Of a DNA stretch of 64,000 nucleotides, positions 11,097 to 18,620 are shown piece by piece. The DNA lies in NCBI GenBank assembly GCA_963824995.1, contig CAWGRK010000001.1:13094-77093 (forward strand), read 5' to 3'. Positions within the stretch are counted from its first letter, which is position 1; every line of letters begins with the position of its first letter. The position numbers and the translations under genes were made by a program. This DNA comes from an uncultured Actinomycetes bacterium. Its GTDB lineage: Bacteria; Actinomycetota; Acidimicrobiia; Spongiisociales; DATADW01. The notes under the pieces are model-generated. The model searched no databases and was not told the origin of the DNA. It saw only the letters and a list, made by a program, of their open reading frames with translations.

Positions 11097-11229
11097 CGCT
11101 GAATCAGCCCTGAGATAGGGGTTGGGCCTTGATCTTCTAATCGGCAGAAACGGCCCGCCTCTCAAGTGCGATTCGTCGGCGATTCTCGTTCCAGCCAAGG
11201 TGAACTGCCTGGTAGAGGGCCTGCACTCA

Positions 11230-11257
11230 GGAAATGGGTCGCTCGGCCTATTCACTC
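11230..11257. promoter_or_regulatory. Copy B of the shared upstream motif (GGAAATGGGTCGCTCGGCCTATTCACTC)
   Basis: It lies in the divergent intergenic region between the co-polymerase (minus) and the Alg14-like operon (plus), and is related to 387-414. Confidence 0.25.
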
Positions 11258-11325
11258 GATTGCCTGGGCGTCGATAAGCGAAATCGGCCCTGGGGGCCTT
11301 CCGATTTCTGTAGGGGAAAGGAACA

Positions 11326-11832
11326 TTGATGTCATTGCCAGTCAGCCGCGCCCTGGGCGACCTCGTCCCGGATGGGCAACCTCGGCGTGTTCTACTCGTT
11401 TGCTCTTCGGGAGGCCACTTGGCTCAGCTCCTCGCACTCGAGCCGTGGTGGAGCAAGCACGAGCGCCTCTGGGTCACATTCGACACGCTGGATGCCGTGT
11501 CCCTTCTTGCACATGAGCAGGTCGCGTGGGCGCATCACCCCGTGACTCGAAATCTCAAGAATCTATTCCGAAATCTGGTGTTGGCTCGCCGCGTCTTGGC
11601 ATCGTTTCGGCCCGACATCATTGTCTCAACGGGCGCAGGGGTTGCAGTGCCCTTCTATGTGCTCGGCAAGCTGTTCGGGATACCGACTGTCTTCGTGGAG
11701 GCCTACGAGCGTGTCGACACGCGCAGTCTCACGGGACAACTGTGTCGACCACTCACCGATCTCTTCTTGGTGCAATGGCCCGAGCAGGCGCTGCTCTATC
11801 CAGAAGCGAAGGTCATCGGGAGACTGCTATGA
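11326..11832 (+). CDS. Alg14-like oligosaccharide biosynthesis protein (membrane-anchor half of a split GT)
   Basis: Intact 168-aa ORF. The motifs VLLVCSSGGHLAQLLAL, IIVSTGAGVAVPF and PTVFVEAYERV match the Alg14/PssD/Cps14F family. Confidence 0.85.
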   Translation: MMSLPVSRALGDLVPDGQPRRVLLVCSSGGHLAQLLALEPWWSKHERLWVTFDTLDAVSLLAHEQVAWAHHPVTRNLKNLFRNLVLARRVLASFRPDIIVSTGAGVAVPFYVLGKLFGIPTVFVEAYERVDTRSLTGQLCRPLTDLFLVQWPEQALLYPEAKVIGRLL

Positions 11833-12365
11833 CGGCCATGCTCGAAATGCCGCGATTGCCCTTCACGTTTGCCACGGTGGGTACCGACCATCATCCCTTC
11901 GATCGCCTGGTCGACTGGGTAGATAGTTGGACGACGGATGGAGAGGGTCGCCACGCCCTGGTGCAAAGTGGAACCTCGAGGCTGCCGACGAACGCCGCAG
12001 GTTACGACTACCTCCCGCACCCGAGCATGACGGAGGCTTTTGGGGCTGCGCATGTTGTGGTCAGCCATGGAGGTACCGCCACCGTCCTGGAGGCGCGTCG
12101 CATTGGACGCCTGCCGATCGTGGTCCCCAGGCGCCCCGAGTTGGGCGAGCATGTCGATGATCATCAAGTCCGTTTCGCCAAGCGGCTCGCCGACCGCGGT
12201 CAGCTCGTCTTGGTCGAAGATGAGGCGGCATTGAGGTCGCATCTCGACCATGCCCTAGTCGATCCAATGAAGTACAGGCTCGAGCGGGATGAAGAGAACG
12301 CACGCATGGCGGCTCATCGCTTCGAGGTCCTGGTTACCGAGTTAATGGCAGAGAGGAATATCTAA
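11829..12365 (+). CDS. Alg13-like glycosyltransferase family 28 C-terminal domain protein (catalytic half)
   Basis: The ATG at 11829 overlaps the Alg14-like stop (ATGA). Motifs: FTFATVGTDHHPFDRL, VVSHGGTATVLEARRIGRLPIVVPRRPELGEHVDDHQVRFAKRLA. Confidence 0.85.
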   Translation: MTAMLEMPRLPFTFATVGTDHHPFDRLVDWVDSWTTDGEGRHALVQSGTSRLPTNAAGYDYLPHPSMTEAFGAAHVVVSHGGTATVLEARRIGRLPIVVPRRPELGEHVDDHQVRFAKRLADRGQLVLVEDEAALRSHLDHALVDPMKYRLERDEENARMAAHRFEVLVTELMAERNI

Positions 12366-13302
12366 ATGAGCGAAAACGCTGTGCCTGTGCTTTTTGTAGG
12401 CGGCCTGGGACGCTCCGGGAGCACCTTGCTGGCCCGCATGCTGGGGACGATCCCTGGCATGGTCTCAGTCGGCGAGCTGGTTCACCTTTGGAAGCGGGGA
12501 CCGCGCGATGGCGATCTTTGCGCCTGTGGCGCCGCCTTCGGAGAATGCGAGTTCTGGACCGAGGTGGGTCGGAAAGCCTTTGGAGGATGGGACCAGATCT
12601 CGATCGATGACGTAATTCGTGCCCAGGAGGCGATCGAGAGGGACCGATTTCTGCCCGCGATGGCGCTGACCAGAAGCGGAGAGACCGCGCACCGACTTAC
12701 GCGATACGCCGAGTACCTCGTCCCCCTGTATCGGGCAATAAAGGACGTCACCGGCGCCGACGTGATCGTGGACACAGGCAAACACGCCTCTGCCGCCATG
12801 GTCCTCCGTCGAATCGAGGGTATCGATCTGCGGCTGGTGCACCTCATTCGCGACAGCCGAGGTGTCGCCTATTCCTGGACCAAGCGTCGTGTCACGTCCC
12901 GAGCGGAGCGACGGTGCCCCAATGCCGATGTGGCGTCCCGCGCACACGGCGACGCGTTACATCGCTTACAACCTCGTGCTTCAAGGCATGGCGCGCACCG
13001 GGACACCAACGGTTCGGCTTCGGTATGAGGACCTCATCGCGGATCCGATGACCAACCTCCGGCGTGTTCTTTCGCTGGTCGATAAGGAGTATGCGCTTCC
13101 GGAGGGTCTTCTCGAAGGCACGCACGACCTGCCTGCCGACCACCAGATCGCCGGCAACCCCTTTCGATTCGAGAGAGGTCCACTTGTGCTTCGGGTTGAC
13201 GACGCGTGGCGAAGCCGGCTTGCGATTCGATCGCGGGTCACTGTGACCGCTATCACCTGGCCCCTACTCGCCGCATATGGATATCTCGGAGGGAAAGCAT
13301 GA
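12366..13302 (+). CDS. Sulfotransferase family protein (2 of 3), one frame switch near 12880-12900
   Basis: It has a PSB-like motif (LFVGGLGRSGSTLLARML) and a PB-like motif (VHLIRDSRGVAYSW). The C-terminal half continues in the frame of ORF 12862-13302. Confidence 0.75.
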
Positions 13303-14219
13303 ACATGACAACCGGCTCCGATCGGGGCGTCTCGGTGGTGATCGCCACGCACAACCGTCCTGAACTGCTGAGACTCGCTCTCGATGGGGTCTTCAGCCAG
13401 AACCACCCTCTGGAGGTGATAATCGTCTTCGATCAGTCCGATCCCGATCTGGGTCTACTGCAGGAGTACGAAGGCCAGCGAATCCGTTTGGTCCGCAATA
13501 CACGCACCCCCGGACTGGCCGGGGCACGTAATACCGGTGTTATGGCGGCGTCCGAACCATGGATTGCCTTCTGCGACGACGACGACACCTGGCTCCCGGA
13601 GAAGCTCGCCAAGCAGTTCGCGCGTCTCGACGACGCCGGCGGCGATGTATGTCTTGGTGGAGTCACGGTTCTTTACGAGGGTCGTACGTTTGATCGGATT
13701 CCCGACAGCGAGATGCTCCTCTTCGAGGACCTTCTGCAGTCTCGAGTGTTTGCCGCGCATCCCTCGACGGTTCTCGTGAGGCGAAGGGCGATGTTGGAAC
13801 GGATCGGGCTGGTCGACGAGCAGACCCCGGGCAGCTATGGCGAAGATCACGAGTGGCTGCTCCGTGCCGCAAAAACGGGTTCCGTTGCTCTGGTCCGCCA
13901 GCCCTTGGTGATCGTGAGGTGGCATACCGGGTCCTACTTCGCTGACCGGTGGCGGCTGATCATCGAATCGATCGACTACATGCTCGGACGCTACCCCGAG
14001 TTCGAGTCCCAGCCGGCCGGGATGGCTTGGCTCGGGGGCCGCAAGGCATTCGCCCTCGCTGCCCTCGGCGAAGGGCCCGAGGCGCGACGCGTCGCGTGGG
14101 GTGCCATTTCGCACAATTGGAAAGAGACACGGGCCTATCTGGCCGTCTTGGTATCCATGGGTGTTCTGCCTGCCGATTGGGTCCTGCGAGCCGCGCATTC
14201 GCGAGGCCGTGGGGTCTGA
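13299..14219 (+). CDS. Glycosyltransferase family 2
   Basis: The ATG overlaps the upstream stop. Motifs: VSVVIATHNRPELLRLALDGVFSQ and CDDDDTWLPEKL (DxD region). Confidence 0.85.
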   Translation: MNMTTGSDRGVSVVIATHNRPELLRLALDGVFSQNHPLEVIIVFDQSDPDLGLLQEYEGQRIRLVRNTRTPGLAGARNTGVMAASEPWIAFCDDDDTWLPEKLAKQFARLDDAGGDVCLGGVTVLYEGRTFDRIPDSEMLLFEDLLQSRVFAAHPSTVLVRRRAMLERIGLVDEQTPGSYGEDHEWLLRAAKTGSVALVRQPLVIVRWHTGSYFADRWRLIIESIDYMLGRYPEFESQPAGMAWLGGRKAFALAALGEGPEARRVAWGAISHNWKETRAYLAVLVSMGVLPADWVLRAAHSRGRGV

Positions 14220-14238
14220 AGCAACGATCGGGGGAAGA

Positions 14239-15519
14239 GTGACGACCCTGGCCCGAGATCTCAGGGGCTATTCACAGAGGGCATATTTGCCTGAGGGGTG
14301 GCCAGTGCTCGCCGTCCTCTGGGCCTACCCACTGTGGTGGGCACTTGGTGTCGCGTCCTACACATGGATCCTGGCCGCCATACCCGCAGCGATCTGGCTC
14401 TGGGGTCAGCCCAAGGTCTCCATTCCGAAAGGGGCGGGCCTATGGGCTCTATTCCTCGGGTGGATGCTCTTGTCCGGCACACAGGTCGAGCCGGGACCCT
14501 CGATACTCGTCTTCGGGTACCGCGCTGCTCTATACATTGCCTCGGGCATCCTGTTGCTCTATGTGTACAACCTCACCGCGGGAACTCGAAAGAAGGTCGT
14601 CACTGCCTTGGCCGCGTTCTGGGCGATGGCGATTGGATTCGGATTGGTTACCTTGGTGGTGCCCGACTTTGAATTTGTGAGCCCTTTCGAACAGATTCTG
14701 CCCAAGGGTCTGGCGAGTACCGATCTCGTCCGCCAGCTTTCGAGGCCTTCACTCGCGCAGATACATGACTTTCTTGGGTACGAGGTCTCCCGACCCGCTG
14801 CTCCTTTTGGCTATACGAACAACTGGGGATCGGCGGTTGCTCTGCTCGCCCCCATTGCATTGGTCTGGGCGGCGTCGACTCGTGGTGTCAAGCGAGTAAT
14901 TGCCATCGGAATTGGGCTGTCAGCGCTTATCCCGATCGTCCAATCACTCAACCGTGGCCTCTGGATCAGCTTGGGGGCCGGCTTCATTTACGTAGCTCTG
15001 CGAGGCGCTCTCCAGGGCCGGGTCCGGACCCTCGTCTTCCTGGTGGCGGTGGGCGCCGTGATAGGTGGCTTGGTGCTCGGAACCTCGCTCACCGAACTGG
15101 CAGCAGGTCGGGTGGAGGAAGGGCACTCCGACGACCGGCGGCTCAACCTCTACGGGCAAAGCATCGAGGGGATCGCCGCCTCCCCGCTCGTCGGGTACGG
15201 GGGACCGATCGAGGATCCGGAGAAACCGGACCGGGCACCGGTCGGCACCCACGGTCAGATCTGGATGGTGACATTCTCCCACGGCATACCGGCAGCAATC
15301 GCCTTCGTCGGCTTTCTCGTCTATGCGATGGTGGCGACGCGACGCGGACCACCCCGCAGCATCGCTTTCGCCGCAAATGTCACCTTTCTCATCGCGTTGG
15401 TGCAACTTCCCATCTACACCTTCTTTCCGGCACAGATATCGCTGCTGTGCATCGTGGCGGCGCTGGGAATGGCCAACGTTCGGGATGATGAAAGGGCGCT
15501 AAATGCAGCTCCGCGGTAA
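14239..15519 (+). CDS. O-antigen ligase/polymerase (Wzy-like) polytopic membrane protein
   Basis: Intact ORF with 10 or more hydrophobic segments. It has a Wzy_C-like loop (SLNRGLWISLGAGFIYVALRG) followed by a periplasmic-type loop. The start (GTG 14239) is chosen to avoid overlap with the GT2 gene and is uncertain. Confidence 0.7.
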   Translation: MTTLARDLRGYSQRAYLPEGWPVLAVLWAYPLWWALGVASYTWILAAIPAAIWLWGQPKVSIPKGAGLWALFLGWMLLSGTQVEPGPSILVFGYRAALYIASGILLLYVYNLTAGTRKKVVTALAAFWAMAIGFGLVTLVVPDFEFVSPFEQILPKGLASTDLVRQLSRPSLAQIHDFLGYEVSRPAAPFGYTNNWGSAVALLAPIALVWAASTRGVKRVIAIGIGLSALIPIVQSLNRGLWISLGAGFIYVALRGALQGRVRTLVFLVAVGAVIGGLVLGTSLTELAAGRVEEGHSDDRRLNLYGQSIEGIAASPLVGYGGPIEDPEKPDRAPVGTHGQIWMVTFSHGIPAAIAFVGFLVYAMVATRRGPPRSIAFAANVTFLIALVQLPIYTFFPAQISLLCIVAALGMANVRDDERALNAAPR

Positions 15520-17075
15520 GACCACGGACACCGCGACAGAGGTGCGGTCCTCATCCGATGTCGGCAGCCTCGCCCGCGGCGGCAGCGTGAACCTACTCGG
15601 CGCTGTCGCCTTCGCCGGATTGAATTTTGCACTCGTCGTAGTGCTCAGTCGCAATCTTGGCGCCGAGGGTTCTGGCCGAATACTCGAGGCAATAGCCATC
15701 TTCAACATCCTCTCGGTAGTCGGGTTGCTGGGGATCGACACCGGGCTGGTACGCACCATTGCCGCTATGCGGGTAACAGATCGAAGCGGAGAAATTCCCA
15801 CTTTGCTTGTCGTGGCCATCACTCCCGTGGTCCTCGTGTCGGGACTGCTTGCGCTGGCTATGTATCTCGGCGCCGGCCAAATCGCCGACATCTTTGCCGA
15901 CGGGGACCAGGGTGTCTCCGCACTCCTCAAGGATCTCGCTCCGCTGCTACCAGTGGCATCCGTGTATTGGGCATTCATCGGTGCCGGCCAGGCATACGAG
16001 ACGATGCTTCCCACGGTGCTGATCGATCGCCTGGGTAGACCGCTCGCACAACTTGCTTTTGTCTGGCTGGCAGTGGTGGCGGCTTCCGGCTCGGCGATAC
16101 TGGCGCTGGCATGGGGTCTTCCCTTCGTAGTTGGGTTGGCAGCAGCCGGCCTGTGCTTTGTCGCGCTTCTTCAGGCGCGCTAGGCGGAAACAAGCAAACG
16201 TCGCGCCGCGGTCCGGATGGAAGTCTCTGGCGAAGGAGTTCTGGTCTTTCACACTCCCCCGCTCGCTGGCTTCCATCTTCCGAGTCGCCGTCCAGTGGCT
16301 CGATGTTGTCCTTGTCGGCGCCATGCTCGATCTCCGCGCAGCCGGTATTTATGCCGTCAGCACCAAGCTGATACAGCTGGGGGTGTTCGTGGCGAGCTCA
16401 GTAGCTCAGGTGGTTCGTCCCCGGTTCAGCCGCCTGCTCGCGCAGGGCGAAGGAAAACGGGCACGATCCTTGTATCAGGTAGCCACCGGATGGCAGGTAG
16501 CCCTGACCTGGCCTCAATACCTCATAGTGGCACTGTTTGCCACCGTGCTGTTGCGGGCGCTCTTCGGGACAGAATTCGCCGAGGGAGCGCCAGTAGTAGC
16601 CATCCTCGCCCTGTCGGCGATGGTTGGAGCGGCAGCAGGACCGGTCGATGTCGTGCTGCTCATGGCTGGCAAGAGCACGTGGAGCCTAGGCAATGCGGGG
16701 CTTGCCCTCGCCATGAATATCGGCCTCAACCTCTTGTTGATCCCACGCTTCGGAATCGTCGGGGCGGCGCTCGCTTGGGCGATAGCGCGGGTTGTCGCCA
16801 ATCTTCTCCCCTTGTTCCAAGTCGGCCGTTCTCTCGGGTTTCATCCCTTTGGCCGGGAGCTCCGGTACGCCGCGGCGGGGTCGCTGCTCACGTTTGGACT
16901 GATGGCGTTGGCGATTCGAACCGCGCTCGGCACGTCACCACTGGGCCTGCTCGTAGCGGCTTGCCTGAGCCTGATCTTCTACGTCGCCTACTTGGTCCGG
17001 TTCCGGCAAGAGGTTGAGCTTCCCGAGGCATTCAAAGCACTTCGCCCAGGGCGGCCAGCGCCGACCAGTAGTTAG
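15503..17075 (+). CDS. Wzx-type polysaccharide flippase (MOP superfamily), one frame switch near 16150
   Basis: Two fragments (15503-16183 and 16131-17075) are both polytopic. The N-terminus (GGSVNLLGAVAFAGLNFALVVVLSRNLGAEGSG) is typical of the Polysacc_synt family. The start overlaps the upstream stop. Confidence 0.75.
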
Positions 17076-17128
17076 GGCCGACCAGTAGGTAGGGCAGGCC
17101 GGTAGGTAGGGCCGGCCAGTAGTTAGGT
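17061..17128. repeat. Four tandem 17-bp units (consensus CCGRCCAGTAGKTAGGG) between convergent genes
   Basis: The units are 17061-17077, 17078-17094, 17095-17111 and 17112-17128, plus a degenerate fifth. The first unit supplies the flippase stop TAG (17073-17075). The fourth supplies the TAA of the minus-strand sulfotransferase (17123-17125). Confidence 0.6.
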
Positions 17129-18118
17129 GCGAGGTAGCAGGACGGGCAGCGAAGCCGGCGGTGGCTCCACCCCGGTCCAAAGAGTGCTCACGACATCGTG
17201 GTTGGGGATGCCGTCATCGTCATAGAGGTGCCCAAGACCCATGACTTCGAGGACTTCGAGCGCCGCTCTGCGGGCATCCTGTGGCACCCGAGACTTCCAG
17301 CCGATCGCCGGATCGGCGCTACCGGAGACACCGTCGGGGCGTGCCAGGCGACTGGGCCTGTTGATGGCTTGTTCTGCTTCTCGGTCCCATCCCTCACCGA
17401 GGAATTCAAGAAGCTTCCCGCCCTCGGTCTTTGGATCCCGCACCAGGTCCTCGTAGAAAACAAGATGGACTTGGTCCCGGTCGACCTGTCGGAAGGGAAT
17501 GAGCTGCTCGATCGACCACTGGGCGATGCGACGCTGAAAGGGATCCCGAAGGACGGCAAACTGACCCTCGACGAGTCGGAGATGGTCGGCAACCAGCTCG
17601 GGCTGGCTGAGAAGATCGTCGAGATGGTCCTTCCAGCCCATGCGCAGAGCCGATTCGGCGACTGCGAACGGATGGCGGACAAGCCATACGATGCGAACCT
17701 CTGGAAACCGAGTGGCAAGGTTCCCCATCAAGAGGTTGGCCCGTATCTCTTTGACGAGCCGGCGCCTTGCAATTCTCGCTCGGTTGTGATGATCGGCCCA
17801 GGGGTTCCGCAGTTGGCCGCGCAGAATCCTCTCAATAGGTTCCAGATAGACCGGATTGGCATCATCGGTGCGGAGGTACTGGAGGGAACTGAAATGCGCC
17901 ACCGCCGGTACACGCTTTGGGTTCAGCGGCTCGAAGATGATCCGGTAGTCATGGCGTCGGTCGATCAATTCCTGAACCCATGTAGTCCCGCTGCGGCCTG
18001 ATCCGGCGAGCAACACTGTGCCCTCCAAGCTCTCCGACAGGTCGAGGAAGCTCCTGCTGCGAACCGTCCAAAGACCGGCCCTAAGGACGTTGCGAATCAC
18101 ATTGGCATCGGAAGGCAT
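17123..18118 (-). CDS. Sulfotransferase family protein (3 of 3)
   Basis: Intact 331-aa ORF with a PSB-like motif (VLLAGSGRSGTTWVQELI) and a PB-like motif (RIVWLVRHPFAVAESAL). Confidence 0.8.
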   Translation of the reverse strand: MPSDANVIRNVLRAGLWTVRSRSFLDLSESLEGTVLLAGSGRSGTTWVQELIDRRHDYRIIFEPLNPKRVPAVAHFSSLQYLRTDDANPVYLEPIERILRGQLRNPWADHHNRARIARRRLVKEIRANLLMGNLATRFPEVRIVWLVRHPFAVAESALRMGWKDHLDDLLSQPELVADHLRLVEGQFAVLRDPFQRRIAQWSIEQLIPFRQVDRDQVHLVFYEDLVRDPKTEGGKLLEFLGEGWDREAEQAINRPSRLARPDGVSGSADPAIGWKSRVPQDARRAALEVLEVMGLGHLYDDDGIPNHDVVSTLWTGVEPPPASLPVLLPRT

Positions 18119-18192
18119 GGCGATCTATCGGCCGGTGCCACTCACGCCTTGATACCTATCACCCTCGTGGCGCGCCCCGATTGATGTGAACT

Positions 18193-18354
18193 TCACGAGT
18201 CGGATTCGTCCGACTCGGCCTCGGTCGATGCGACTGGCTGCTCACTATGTGCGTGCTTCATCGCCACGTCACCACGCCGGGCAGCACGGAGGAGGATCAG
18301 CGCCACGCCTACCAGAATCACCCACACGACGACGATTGTGATCACCCAGCGCAT
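18193..18354 (-). CDS. Possible 53-aa single-pass membrane protein
   Basis: The ORF is below the track cut-off: MRWVITIVVVWVILVGVALILLRAARRGDVAMKHAHSEQPVASTEAESDESDS. It has one hydrophobic helix and an acidic tail. There is no homology evidence. Confidence 0.25.
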   Translation of the reverse strand: MRWVITIVVVWVILVGVALILLRAARRGDVAMKHAHSEQPVASTEAESDESDS

Positions 18355-18408
18355 CTCGGTTCAGTATCGCCGCCGGCTGGAGAAAGTGTTATCGCGTGGA
18401 TCTTGATA

Positions 18409-18620
18409 GTGGTCGGCCCACTCGGCAAGCTCGGATGTGGGCCTAGCGACCCATTCCCGGTAGAGCCCTCAAGGGCGGACCCACAGCCGACGATGCTTCT
18501 CCCATAAGGAGTGGGTAGGGCGGTTCACGGTGCCCGCACGAGCGAGCGCCACATCCCCTAGCCGTTTGGAATGTGCTGGCCCGAATGGGGGCGGTCAGCC
18601 ATAACCCTAGGAGGAATAGC
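18409..18620 (+). promoter_or_regulatory. Conserved 5' leader, copy A, of the duplicated beta-propeller/FN3/LamG genes
   Basis: It aligns with 25379-25591. A 47-nt block is identical in both copies (18506-18552 and 25478-25524: AAGGAGTGGGTAGGGCGGTTCACGGTGCCCGCACGAGCGAGCGCCAC). A conserved 7-bp hairpin GCTGGCC/GGTCAGC (18575-18599) sits just upstream of the AGGAGG RBS. Confidence 0.35.

Noticed and set aside
17061-17128. Tandem repeats (also 21354-21930, 22666-24452 and the acidic-tail repeats at 63600-64000) as CRISPR arrays.
   Set aside because: No repeat-spacer alternation is present. The units are contiguous or are coding-domain duplications, and no cas genes are in the window.
18409-18620. 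I tried to assign the conserved paralog leader to a known riboswitch class (cobalamin, c-di-AMP/ydaO, c-di-GMP, ZTP, guanidine).
   Set aside because: Only short fortuitous similarities were found (for example CCGA.CCGAC). None of the class-defining boxes is present. It is kept only as an unclassified conserved leader.
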